From: an uncultured delta proteobacterium
GTDB taxonomy: Bacteria; Desulfobacterota; Zymogenia; Zymogenales; Zymogenaceae
Direction of reading: 5' to 3'
DNA length: 64,000 bases
NCBI GenBank assembly: GCA_963735595.1
Contig: CAVTLK010000002.1
Coordinates: 512,001 to 576,000 of the forward strand
In this document: one piece after another, positions 34,762 to 44,134 of the stretch
How positions within the stretch are numbered: position 1 is the stretch's first letter
Layout: the number at the start of each line of letters is the position of its first letter
Position numbers and translations under genes: made by a program
The notes under the pieces: generated by a model
Seen by the model: the letters and a program-made list of their open reading frames with translations, nothing else
Told to the model about the DNA's origin: nothing
Database searches by the model: none

Positions 34762-36465
34762 ATGGGACCCTACGTCATCGGCCTTGACTTCGGCACCAAC
34801 TCCGCCCGGGCCCTCCTCGTCGAGGCGGAAACCGGCCGGGAGATCGCCACATACGTCCATCCATACTCCCGGGGGACCGAAGGGGTTTTAACCGACCCGT
34901 CCGACGCCCTGCTGGCCCGCCAGGACCCCCGGGACTATATCGACGCGCTCGGCGCGCTCGTGCCGGGGCTGATGCAGGAGGCGCGGGAAACGGCCGGCGT
35001 CAGGGACGCCCGGGTCATCGGCGTCGGCGTCGATACGACCGCCAGCACCCCCGTCCCGGTGGACGCCCGGGGGCTGTGCCTGACGCTCGACGGGCGGTTT
35101 GCCGACAATGCAAATGCCTGCGCCTGGCTCTGGAAGGATCACACCGCGCACCGTGAGGCCGAAGAGATCGTCGAGGCGGTAAAGGGCAAGAGCCTCCCCT
35201 ACCTGTCGGCCTACAGCGGGGTCTATTCGTCCGAATGGTTCTGGGCGAAGGTCCTGCGTGCTACCCGGATCGACGCCGGGGTCGCGGCGGCCGCTGCCAC
35301 CTGGATGGAGCAATCCGACTTTATCCCCGCGCTCCTGACCGGAGACGTGCGTCCGGCGGCGGTGAAGAGAAACGCCTGCGCCGCCGGCTTCAAGGGGATG
35401 TACGGCCGCGCGTACGGAGGTTTCCCTCCCGAGGAATTCTTCGGAGGTCTTGGCGAGCGCCTCGGGACCATCCGCCGGACCCTGCCCGCGCGGGTCTATG
35501 CCCCCGGGGAGGCGATCGGCACGCTCGCCGGCGCGATGAAAGAGGCCTGGGGGCTTGGCGGCGAGATCGTCGTGGCTTCCGGGATGATAGACGCCCACGC
35601 CGGCGCGGTCGGCAGCGGGATACGGCCGGGGAGGCTCGTCAAGATGATCGGCACCTCGACCTGCGACCTGGCGCTGCTGTCGGCGGGGGCGGTTGGCGCT
35701 ATCCCGGGCATCAGCGGCGTCGTGGCAGACGGGATCGTCCCGGGATGGCGTGGGGTGGAGTCCGGCCAGGCGGCCGTCGGCGATATCCTTAACTGGTTTG
35801 TCGATACCGTCGTTTGCTCGGGAACGCCCGACGACAGGGACCGGGCGTTTGCCCGGCTGACGGAGGAGGCCGGGCGGTTTCGCGCCGGGGCGACGGGGCT
35901 CGTGGCGCTCGACTGGAACAACGGCAACCGCAACGTCCTGATGGACCCGATGCTGACGGGGCTCGTGATCGGGCAGACGCTGCAGACCGGACCGGGAGAG
36001 CTGTTCAGGGCCCTCATCGAGGCCACCGGGTTCGGCGCGCGCGTGATTACCGAGCGGCTCAGTGAGCACGGCGTTGCACTCTCCGAGATCGTCTGCTGCG
36101 GCGGCATCGCGGAGAAGAACCCGCTCTTCATGCAGATCTATGCGGATATCCTCAATTGCCCCATCAGCGTCGCCCGCTCGGGGCAGGCCGCGGCACTCGG
36201 GTCGGCCGTCTGCGCGGCCGTCGCGGCGGGCCCGGCCGCGGGAGGATATGATAATTTCCCGGATGCTGCCGAAAAGATGACCGGAATCCGGGAGACGGTC
36301 TACCTGCCCCGGAAAGACGAGGCGGCGACCTACGACCGGCTGTACCGGCTCTATCACAGGCTCCATGACGCCTTCGGAAAACGGGCCGCGCCCGACGGCC
36401 CCGACAACTTATTTGACGTGATGAAGGACCTCATCGAGATACGGGAGCGTACGAGACGGCTGTAG
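34762..36465 (+). CDS. araB: Ribulokinase (FGGY family)
   Basis: IGLDFGTNSAR, LWKDHTA, YSSEWFWAK, DAHAGAVG, IGTSTCD, ALDWNNGNR, GGIAEKN. Confidence 0.88.
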   Translation: MGPYVIGLDFGTNSARALLVEAETGREIATYVHPYSRGTEGVLTDPSDALLARQDPRDYIDALGALVPGLMQEARETAGVRDARVIGVGVDTTASTPVPVDARGLCLTLDGRFADNANACAWLWKDHTAHREAEEIVEAVKGKSLPYLSAYSGVYSSEWFWAKVLRATRIDAGVAAAAATWMEQSDFIPALLTGDVRPAAVKRNACAAGFKGMYGRAYGGFPPEEFFGGLGERLGTIRRTLPARVYAPGEAIGTLAGAMKEAWGLGGEIVVASGMIDAHAGAVGSGIRPGRLVKMIGTSTCDLALLSAGAVGAIPGISGVVADGIVPGWRGVESGQAAVGDILNWFVDTVVCSGTPDDRDRAFARLTEEAGRFRAGATGLVALDWNNGNRNVLMDPMLTGLVIGQTLQTGPGELFRALIEATGFGARVITERLSEHGVALSEIVCCGGIAEKNPLFMQIYADILNCPISVARSGQAAALGSAVCAAVAAGPAAGGYDNFPDAAEKMTGIRETVYLPRKDEAATYDRLYRLYHRLHDAFGKRAAPDGPDNLFDVMKDLIEIRERTRRL

Positions 36466-36498
36466 CGGGCAGTCACCAATCAGACAGGAGAATCGTTG

Positions 36499-38094
36499 AT
36501 GGCAAAGAAACGGATACGGGTCGGGGTATTTTCAGGATATGATCCGCGGCCCTGGGTTATGAAGGAATCCGCCGAGGGCGATATCAAGATACTCGAACGG
36601 TTCGTGACGTCGCTTGATCGCTCCGGCGATTACGACGTCGTCTATCCCGGCAGGAAGCTGAAGGGCCATGACCGGCTCTGCTATACCATGGACCTCGTGG
36701 ACCGGTACGCGGCCGAATTTGCCGCCAAGGGTGTGGACGTCCTGATCAACGTGCACCAGACCTGGACGTTCCCCCAGATCTCCGAGAAGGTCATCACGAG
36801 CTTCATCCACAAGGCGAGAAAAAGAGATCCCCGGTTCGTCCCCCGGATCGTGGTGGCCTCCATCCAGGACACGCAGGTGCCGGGGATGGTCTCGGGGATG
36901 GCGACGGGCGGGGCGTTGGCCCAGATCGGGCTCCCGTATGCCCATGTCTACGGCGACTTTGACTCGCCCGAGTTTATGGGGCGGCTGGCGCAGGAGATCG
37001 GGTTCTTCGGCCGGATGGCCGCCGCGCACGGGACGGTAGCCGGCGTCGTCGATAACCTGCACCGGGAGCACGTCCTCGAGTTCGGCTCCTTTTCCCTGAG
37101 GATGCCCACCACGCGCATCAACCACGAGGAGGTCACAGCGCGGTGGGGGATAACTTTCGAAAATCTCGACCAGCAGGTCTTCCTCGACCGGGCCTTCGAG
37201 ATGCTGGCCTGGAGCGGCCGGGAGGGGGCGTCCCCGATCACGGAGATCCGCGACCGGCGGGTGGCGCGGGTCGTGACGGACCTCTATGACCGCCACCCCG
37301 AGAAGTTCTCCGCAGTGGCCGGGAGGACCGTCCCGCGGGACACGTTCACGCTCCAGGTTGCCTGTTATTACGCGACGGCCGATATCGCCAGGGAGCGGGG
37401 GGCCGGCGCCGTGACCATCAAGTGCCAGGACGAGTGTTCGTCACGCTACGCAACCTGCTGCATCGCCACGTCGTTCCTGGGCAACGACCGGGACCCGGGC
37501 GGAACAGCCAAGGAAATCCTGCCGGCGTCATGCGAGACGGATCTCCCCACGCTTCTTTCACAGCTCTTTCTCTGCCGCATCTCCGGCAAGCCCGCCGGCT
37601 TCGGCGACTTCCGGTACGTAAAGACCGACGGGGAGAAAACGGTGCTGGCCGTGGTCAACTGCGGCCAGCATCCGGTCTATTACGCGAACCACGAATCACA
37701 GGACTTTAAGAAGAAGCTTTCGCATACCGAGTTTCCGGGGCAGGAGCATTTTTACGCCGCCGGGGGGGCGGCCGTCAGGATGAGGAGTGCGGGGGGGCAG
37801 GAAGTGACGCTCGCGCGGCTCGGCGTGGAGAACGGCAGGCTCTACCTTGCCGCTACCGTCATGGACACCTATGACGTCGATATTTCCCGGCACCGGGCGT
37901 ATAACGAGGCATGGCCCATCATCGAGGGGTACGTCCCGGTGACCGACCGGGTGCTGAGCCGGCAGTGGCCCTCAAACCACCTCGGCTTTGTCTACGGGAA
38001 CTACCTGCCGCACGTCACGGAGCTGGCCGAACAGCTCGGCATCGGGTACACGGTATGGGACAGGGACGGCCGGGAGTCCCATAAACCATCGTGA
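36499..38094 (+). CDS. L-fucose/arabinose isomerase-family protein
   Basis: KCQDEC, SCETD and C-terminal WPSNHLGFVYG (FucI-like metal-ligand pattern); adjacent to the ribulokinase. Confidence 0.7.
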   Translation: MAKKRIRVGVFSGYDPRPWVMKESAEGDIKILERFVTSLDRSGDYDVVYPGRKLKGHDRLCYTMDLVDRYAAEFAAKGVDVLINVHQTWTFPQISEKVITSFIHKARKRDPRFVPRIVVASIQDTQVPGMVSGMATGGALAQIGLPYAHVYGDFDSPEFMGRLAQEIGFFGRMAAAHGTVAGVVDNLHREHVLEFGSFSLRMPTTRINHEEVTARWGITFENLDQQVFLDRAFEMLAWSGREGASPITEIRDRRVARVVTDLYDRHPEKFSAVAGRTVPRDTFTLQVACYYATADIARERGAGAVTIKCQDECSSRYATCCIATSFLGNDRDPGGTAKEILPASCETDLPTLLSQLFLCRISGKPAGFGDFRYVKTDGEKTVLAVVNCGQHPVYYANHESQDFKKKLSHTEFPGQEHFYAAGGAAVRMRSAGGQEVTLARLGVENGRLYLAATVMDTYDVDISRHRAYNEAWPIIEGYVPVTDRVLSRQWPSNHLGFVYGNYLPHVTELAEQLGIGYTVWDRDGRESHKPS

Positions 38095-38196
38095 GCGGTG
38101 AGCCCCCGTATACGAGCTTCGATGCCCATACCGACAGGACGGGCGCCCGGGGCGCGGTCGCCCTTTTCTTTTCATGAACCGATCGGGAGATACGGT

Positions 38197-39267
38197 ATGA
38201 AATGGTCATTTACGATAGGCAGGATCTTCGGCATTCCGATCCGCGTCCATATCACCTTCCTCCTGCTGTTGGCCTTCGTGGCGCTGATGGGAAAGACGGT
38301 TGCCGGCGGGATGTACGCGGTCCTCTTCGTCGTCCTCGTTTTCGTCTGTGTCATACTGCATGAGCTCACCCACAGTATCGCGGCGATACGTTTCGGCCAC
38401 AAGGTCAGAAGCATCACGCTGCTTCCCATCGGCGGGATGGCCCAGATGGACGAGATCCCGGAGAATCCGAAAGAAGAAATCGTCATCTCCGTCATGGGTC
38501 CGGTGGCAAGCCTCGTCATAGCGGCCGTGCTCTTCGGGGTCATCTCCCTGCTTCATCTTCCCCTCGGCTCGCCCCTGGCCGCGTCCCTCTGGGAGGGGAA
38601 CATGCTGGTCTCGTTGTTCTGGATCAACCTGTTCCTCGCGGGATTCAACCTGATCCCCGCGTTCCCCATGGACGGGGGCAGGGTGCTCAGGGGGATACTC
38701 GGCGTTTTCATGGATCACATGAAGGCGACCAGGATCGCCGTCTTCGTGGGGCAGGTGTTTGCCGTTATCCTCTTTTTCGTTGGGATCTTTTACAACATCT
38801 GGCTCGCGCTGATAGCCGTCTTCATCTACCTGGGTGCGGAGGGGGAAGAGCGGATATGGTCGCTCCGCTACGCCCTTGCCGACGCCCCGGTGAAATCGGT
38901 CATGCTGGAGGATTTCAGGGCGCTTTCCCCCGGCGATACCCTCGCACATGCCGCGGAGCTCTTCCTCCATACCCTGCAAGGGGACTTCCCGATCCTCTTC
39001 GGCAACCGGCTCATGGGCATCCTCCGCCGGGATACGCTGATCGAGGGTATCAACGAGAACAAGGAAAAGGAGCGCGTGGCCGACTTCGCGGAGCGCGATT
39101 TCATGTCGACGACCGAGCGGGAGCCGCTCGTTGAGCTGTATAAAAAGATGGCCGAAAAAGGGATATCGATGGTGCCGGTGTTGCGGGATGATATTCTGGT
39201 GGGGATCGTGACGATGGAGCAGATCGGCCGGTATCACATGATCTCCGCGGCCAAGAGCGCCAAATAA
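38197..39267 (+). CDS. Site-2 protease (M50) with two CBS domains
   Basis: HELTH, FNLIPAFPMDGGR, C-terminal CBS pair. Confidence 0.92.
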   Translation: MKWSFTIGRIFGIPIRVHITFLLLLAFVALMGKTVAGGMYAVLFVVLVFVCVILHELTHSIAAIRFGHKVRSITLLPIGGMAQMDEIPENPKEEIVISVMGPVASLVIAAVLFGVISLLHLPLGSPLAASLWEGNMLVSLFWINLFLAGFNLIPAFPMDGGRVLRGILGVFMDHMKATRIAVFVGQVFAVILFFVGIFYNIWLALIAVFIYLGAEGEERIWSLRYALADAPVKSVMLEDFRALSPGDTLAHAAELFLHTLQGDFPILFGNRLMGILRRDTLIEGINENKEKERVADFAERDFMSTTEREPLVELYKKMAEKGISMVPVLRDDILVGIVTMEQIGRYHMISAAKSAK

Positions 39268-39304
39268 ATGTTATCGTAGCGACAACAGCCTTTCGGGGAT
39301 TATT

Positions 39305-39646
39305 ATGGAACCAATGATCGCCTACTGCGGCCTGGTCTGCACCGACTGCCCGGCTTATCAAGCTACCCAGGCAAACGACGAGGAGAAGGCCCGGGAAACG
39401 GCCGCGCTCTGGGCAAAGGAATACGGCGTCAACGTCGCGGTCGCAGACGTCTGGTGCGACGGATGTGTCGTCGGCGGCAAGAAATGCGGGCACTGCGCCG
39501 AATGCGAGATCAGGGCCTGCGGGGTCGCCCGGGGCGTCGCCAACTGCGGCAGGTGTCCCGATTTTTCCTGCGACAAGACCGAGAAGTTCTTCGCAATGGT
39601 CCCGTTTGCCCGGGAGGTCCTCGAACGGGAGGCGAAGAGCCGCTGA
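39305..39646 (+). CDS. DUF3795-like Cys-rich protein
   Basis: IAYCGLVCTDCPAY...CDGC...CEIRAC...NCGRCPDFSC. Confidence 0.85.
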   Translation: MEPMIAYCGLVCTDCPAYQATQANDEEKARETAALWAKEYGVNVAVADVWCDGCVVGGKKCGHCAECEIRACGVARGVANCGRCPDFSCDKTEKFFAMVPFAREVLEREAKSR

Positions 39647-39805
39647 CCCTGTAATCCCGCTTTGAAGAATCAGGTAGGTTCCTGTTGACCCTAAGGCGAT
39701 ACGACGCTGCGTTCACAGGATCGCCCGCCCGCCGCGGGTCGCGGCGTCGTGATCTCGGCCGGTTTCCGATACTATGGCTGCGCGGCCGTGACGGATGCCT
39801 GCATT

Positions 39806-39862
39806 AGTGAGTAATATTCACTCATTTTTTCTCCTTGACAAGCCCCTTTCAATCCGTATAAT
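39806..39862 (+). promoter_or_regulatory. sigma70 promoter of the acetate transporter with an upstream palindrome
   Basis: TTGACA(39835)-N16-TATAAT(39857); TGAGT-N7-ACTCA at 39808-39824. Confidence 0.72.
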
Positions 39863-39931
39863 GAACCCCACATTTTTTGCCACCGCCCGGGGGCGGTTTG
39901 TCACCAATCAGAATAAAAAGGAGTCGTATCT

Positions 39932-40549
39932 ATGGCACAAAAAGAGATCACCAAGGTCGAAATCGCCGGTTTCGAGACGCTGTCTCCGGCCGACCCGGGG
40001 CCGCTGGGTCTCAACTGCTTTGCCCTGACCACCTTCCTCCTTTCCCTGGTCAACGCCGGTATCATCGACAAGGCGGCGGCCGGCCACGTATGGCTAACCT
40101 CGGCCCTGATCTTCGGCGGGACGGCCCAGGTGCTGGCGGGCCTCTGGGAATTCCGGACGAGAAACGTATTCGGCGCCACCGCCTTCGTCTCGTACGGCGG
40201 CTTCTGGGTCTCACTGGGCCTCATCCCGGTGTTCGTTTCCAAGGGACTCATCCCGGATACCAACGTCGGCCTGCTCTTGGCCTGGTTCTTGACGGCGTGG
40301 ACGATCTTTACATTCTATATGTGGGTCGGGAGCATGAAGACCAACAAGGCCCTCTTTACCGTCTTCACGCTGCTGCTTGCCACGTTTATCCTGCTTGATA
40401 TCGGCCACTTCGGCAACCCCGTGTTCAACGTCATCGGCGGGTTCCTGGGTATCATCACCGCCCTCGGCGCATGGTACACGTCGGCAGCCGGCATCATCAA
40501 CACGGTCTGGGGGAAGGTCGTCCTCCCGATTGGACCCATAAAGAAATAA
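39932..40549 (+). CDS. satP: Acetate/succinate uptake transporter (GPR1/FUN34/YaaH family)
   Basis: ADPGPLGL motif, FGGTAQ, FGATAFVSYGGFW, six TM helices. Confidence 0.9.
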   Translation: MAQKEITKVEIAGFETLSPADPGPLGLNCFALTTFLLSLVNAGIIDKAAAGHVWLTSALIFGGTAQVLAGLWEFRTRNVFGATAFVSYGGFWVSLGLIPVFVSKGLIPDTNVGLLLAWFLTAWTIFTFYMWVGSMKTNKALFTVFTLLLATFILLDIGHFGNPVFNVIGGFLGIITALGAWYTSAAGIINTVWGKVVLPIGPIKK

Positions 40550-40589
40550 CGGCACGGGCGGCGCAAGCCCCACTGCTGTCGTGAATACG

Positions 40590-40633
40590 CAAAGAGACCG
40601 GCGACACGCGTTGCCGGTCTCTTTGTTTCTTTT
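40590..40633 (+). terminator. Intrinsic terminator
   Basis: CAAAGAGACCGGC...GCCGGTCTCTTTG followed by TTTCTTTT. Confidence 0.78.
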
Positions 40634-40660
40634 ATGCGATTGTTGTGCTATGGTTATGAT

Positions 40661-41566
40661 ATGGACGAAGCGGTATTCGTGCGGGTAACGGTCGAGGTCA
40701 TCGACGAGGCGCGGCTTGCCCTCCTCGATTTTTTGGCGGAGCTTTCCCCGTCCGGGGTAATCGAGGAAACGGAGTGGGAGGGGGTGCGGGGCCCGGCGTG
40801 TGTCTACCTGCTGCAGGACGGGGCAAAAGAGAAGCTCGACAGCCTTCGACGGTATCTCGATTCCCTGAGGGAACTCTGGGGCGGAGACGCTGTCATATCC
40901 TTCGAGGTCGCGGAGGTCGCCGATCCCGGCTGGGCGACGGAGTACCAGCGGTTCTTTACGGCGCAGCGGGTTACCCCCCGGATCGTTGTCGTCCCGCCGT
41001 GGGAGGAGCGTCCCGAAGACGGGGACCTGATCGTGATCACGATCCTGCCGGGCCCGGCCTTCGGCACGGGCACGCACGAGACCACGCGCCTGTGCCTCTC
41101 GGCGATGGAAGAGATCTGCGCCGGGCGGCTGATCGGGACCATGCTCGACGTCGGGTGCGGCTCGGCGATACTCTCGATCGCCGGGTCCCTGCTCGGGATT
41201 GACCGGGTCAGGGGGGTGGAATCTGACGGCGAGGCGGTCGTTTCGGCGCGGGAAAACGTCGCGCGCAACGCGCTTACCGATCGCGTTACGATCGTCAGTG
41301 AGGCCTTTACGCGGGCCGAAGGCCTATATGACCTGGTCGTCGCGAACCTTACCGCCCGGGAGATAGAGCCCATGATCGAGCACCTGTTCGGGTCCGTCGC
41401 GGCGGGGGGGAGCATCATCCTCTCGGGGATCCTGGATACTGAGGAAGAGAAGATGAAGGCGATCATCCATCGGGAAATTCCGTCCGGCCCGTCCGGCTTC
41501 CGTGAACCTTCGGTAACGCGGCTGGGGGAATGGCTCTGCGTTGTGATCGAGGGGACGCGGCAATAG
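40661..41566 (+). CDS. prmA: Ribosomal protein L11 methyltransferase
   Basis: PGPAFGTGTHETTRLCL, LDVGCGSAILSI, DLVVANL, ILSGIL. Confidence 0.92.
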   Translation: MDEAVFVRVTVEVIDEARLALLDFLAELSPSGVIEETEWEGVRGPACVYLLQDGAKEKLDSLRRYLDSLRELWGGDAVISFEVAEVADPGWATEYQRFFTAQRVTPRIVVVPPWEERPEDGDLIVITILPGPAFGTGTHETTRLCLSAMEEICAGRLIGTMLDVGCGSAILSIAGSLLGIDRVRGVESDGEAVVSARENVARNALTDRVTIVSEAFTRAEGLYDLVVANLTAREIEPMIEHLFGSVAAGGSIILSGILDTEEEKMKAIIHREIPSGPSGFREPSVTRLGEWLCVVIEGTRQ

Positions 41567-41669
41567 CCAATAGCCGGGACGCGGCAATGGCCGGGACGCG
41601 ATAAAACGGTTGTAAAAGGAAGAAAAGAGGGATAAGATAAACAAATACTGTTTAGTGGGGGTATAAGAG

Positions 41670-42216
41670 ATGAAACGGTTTATGGCAGGGGTTGTCCTGT
41701 TTGCCGCGTTCATCTGGGCAGGCGCACCCGAGGCGTTCGGCTACCGGCCGCTCACGATCGACCTCCCCGAGGCATACCTACTGGAAGGGCCGGGGGTCGA
41801 ATACCGAATCCTCTGCAAAGTCACGCGCGACGAGCCGCTCACCCTGCTTTCGTGGGAGGGTGACTGGTTTCAGGTCAGGCGCACGAGCGGGATGACCGGG
41901 TGGCTCAACCGGGTTGCGCTTTCTCCCGAAGAATCCGCTCGATACCCGAAACCGGGCACGAACACGACATCGCCCTCCATCGACGATGGGAAAGACCGAT
42001 CGTTCGCGGGGAGGCTTTCTTGATCGGATCAGGACCGGCTTTAAGGGAGGTCATGATGAAACGCTCACGGCCTCGGCGGGAGGCAGGGGCATCATCACCG
42101 AGACGGACTCCGGCCTCTACGCACAGGACTACCAGGCGGTCCGCTTCATGGAGTCGATCGTCATCTCGGATTATGAGCTTGATCGGTTTATCGTGAGCGG
42201 GGGGCTCAGGCAGTGA
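41670..42216 (+). CDS. Exported SH3-domain protein (frameshift near 42015)
   Basis: Signal peptide; GPGVEY...GDWFQVR...TGWLN SH3b pattern; tail TASAGGRG...FIVSGGL in the next frame. Confidence 0.72.
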
Positions 42217-43079
42217 GGGCCCGGATAGTGCTCCTGGCGATCCTGGCTGCAGCGGCGGCCCAATCGGGGTGCGCTACGCTCGGTTTCCTGGCCCCGACCC
42301 CCCCGGGTTTGGGCGAGCTGGTCAGCGTTACCAGGACCCTGGGATCGGCGGTCATGCCCATCAGCCCCGAGGAAGAGATCGAAATCGGCAGGAGCATCGC
42401 GGCCAACGTTGCGGGTAAGTACGGGATCGTCATGGACGAACAGATGACCCGATACATCTGCCTGGTGGGCGAAACGGTCGCCGCGAAATCGGACCGTCCC
42501 GACCTCACCTACTACTTCGCGGTCCTTGATACCGACATCATCAATGCGTTCTCCTGCCCGGGCGGCTACGTCTTCGTGACGCGGGGGGCGCTCGGCATTA
42601 TCGAATGCGAGGCGGAGCTGGCGGCGGTGCTCGCCCATGAAATAGCCCACGTGGCCCATAAGGACATCATCAACGAGATCGAAAAGCAGCAGTTCTTTCA
42701 GGCCGGCAATGAGGTAGCGGGGACGCTTCTCCATGCCGATCCCGCGATCTTCAATGCCGCCACCTCGTTTGGAACAGGTCTCCTCTTTAAAGGGTTTTCC
42801 CGGTCCGATGAATACGCGGCCGATAAACGGTCCATCGGCTATACCGCCCGGGCCGGGTATGATCCGGCGGCCCTGCTGACGTTTCTCGAAAAGCTCAGGG
42901 GCGCTTCCGGCACATCCGACGGCGGCGTAAAACTCCTTCTGGCGACCCATCCGCAGATAGACGACCGGATCGAGAACGTCCGGACGCTGTTGGCCGGGCT
43001 TCCCGATACGGAGCGGGCGGGCGAACGTTTGGCCCCACGGTATTTCGAACAGATTCGCCTCCACACAGGAATCCGCTGA
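42213..43079 (+). CDS. M48-family metallopeptidase lipoprotein
   Basis: Lipobox QSGC; NAFSCPGG, LAHEIAH, DEYAAD, THP. Confidence 0.9.
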   Translation: MRARIVLLAILAAAAAQSGCATLGFLAPTPPGLGELVSVTRTLGSAVMPISPEEEIEIGRSIAANVAGKYGIVMDEQMTRYICLVGETVAAKSDRPDLTYYFAVLDTDIINAFSCPGGYVFVTRGALGIIECEAELAAVLAHEIAHVAHKDIINEIEKQQFFQAGNEVAGTLLHADPAIFNAATSFGTGLLFKGFSRSDEYAADKRSIGYTARAGYDPAALLTFLEKLRGASGTSDGGVKLLLATHPQIDDRIENVRTLLAGLPDTERAGERLAPRYFEQIRLHTGIR

Positions 43080-43160
43080 CCGAAGGATGTCCAACGGTCA
43101 GAAGCGGGCGGCCGATCGACTGATTGCCCGCCTCATTAGTATAGGCTACCCGGCACACCC

Positions 43161-44027
43161 ATGATCGACCTTCATACCCATACCACCGCTTCCGACGGAA
43201 GGCTTACCCCCCGGCAACTCATCGCCCACGCAGTTGAGGCGGGGCTGTGCGCCGTGGCCATTACCGACCATGATACCGTGGACGGTATTGCACCGGCGCG
43301 CCGATACGCCGAAGAGATCGGGATGCCCTTTGTCCCCGGGATAGAGATCAGCGCCGAGTATACGGCGACGGGCACCATGCATATCCTCGGCTACTTCATC
43401 GACGAGACCACCGGGTCCTTTTCGGACTCACTGGCTTTCCTCAAACGGGCGCGCAGGAACCGCAATCCGCAGATTATCGAGCGGCTCAACCATTGCGGTG
43501 TCGACATCACGATGGAAGACGTGCGCCGGGAGGCCGGGTCCGACCAGATCGGCAGGCCCCACTTCGCCCGCGCCATCGTGAACAAGGGCTTCGCGTCGTC
43601 GATCCCCGAGGCCTTTGAGCGCTTCGTCAAAAAGGGGGCCCCGTGCTACGTAAACAAGGAACGGTTCACTCCCGAGCGGGCCGTCGAGCTGATCCGAAAG
43701 GCCGGCGGCATCCCTATCCTTGCCCACCCCAAGACACTCAATATAGACTTCCAGCAGGAGCTGCCGCGGCTGCTGACCCGGCTTCGGGAAGCCGGGTTAA
43801 TGGGCCTCGAGGCCTACTACTACAGCCACTCCCGGTCGGAGGAAGAGTATTTCCTCAGGCTCTCCCGAAAGCTTGCAATCCTTGTCACCGGGGGGAGCGA
43901 TTTTCATGGGGACAACAAACCGAAGGTAGCGCTCGGCAGGGGGAACGGCAACCTCCTGGTGCCGCGGATCGCGTACGATCTCCTGATCGCGGCAAAAGAG
44001 AAGATTGACGCCCGTCCCGTCCCCTGA
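43161..44027 (+). CDS. PHP-domain phosphoesterase (TrpH/YciV-like)
   Basis: IDLHTHTTASDG, AITDHDT, GRPHFA, LAHP, TGGSDFHG. Confidence 0.9.
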   Translation: MIDLHTHTTASDGRLTPRQLIAHAVEAGLCAVAITDHDTVDGIAPARRYAEEIGMPFVPGIEISAEYTATGTMHILGYFIDETTGSFSDSLAFLKRARRNRNPQIIERLNHCGVDITMEDVRREAGSDQIGRPHFARAIVNKGFASSIPEAFERFVKKGAPCYVNKERFTPERAVELIRKAGGIPILAHPKTLNIDFQQELPRLLTRLREAGLMGLEAYYYSHSRSEEEYFLRLSRKLAILVTGGSDFHGDNKPKVALGRGNGNLLVPRIAYDLLIAAKEKIDARPVP

Positions 44028-44073
44028 CTTCCCCCTTCGCGCCGCCTGCCCCTTATGCCGCCATACAATTCCA

Positions 44074-44102
44074 TTGACAAGCATGCCTTTTTTTGTTAGA
44101 TT
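44074..44102 (+). promoter_or_regulatory. sigma70 promoter of aspS
   Basis: TTGACA-N17-TAGATT. Confidence 0.65.
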
Positions 44103-44134
44103 CAGGAGCTTTAATACTTTACCGAGATACCACC

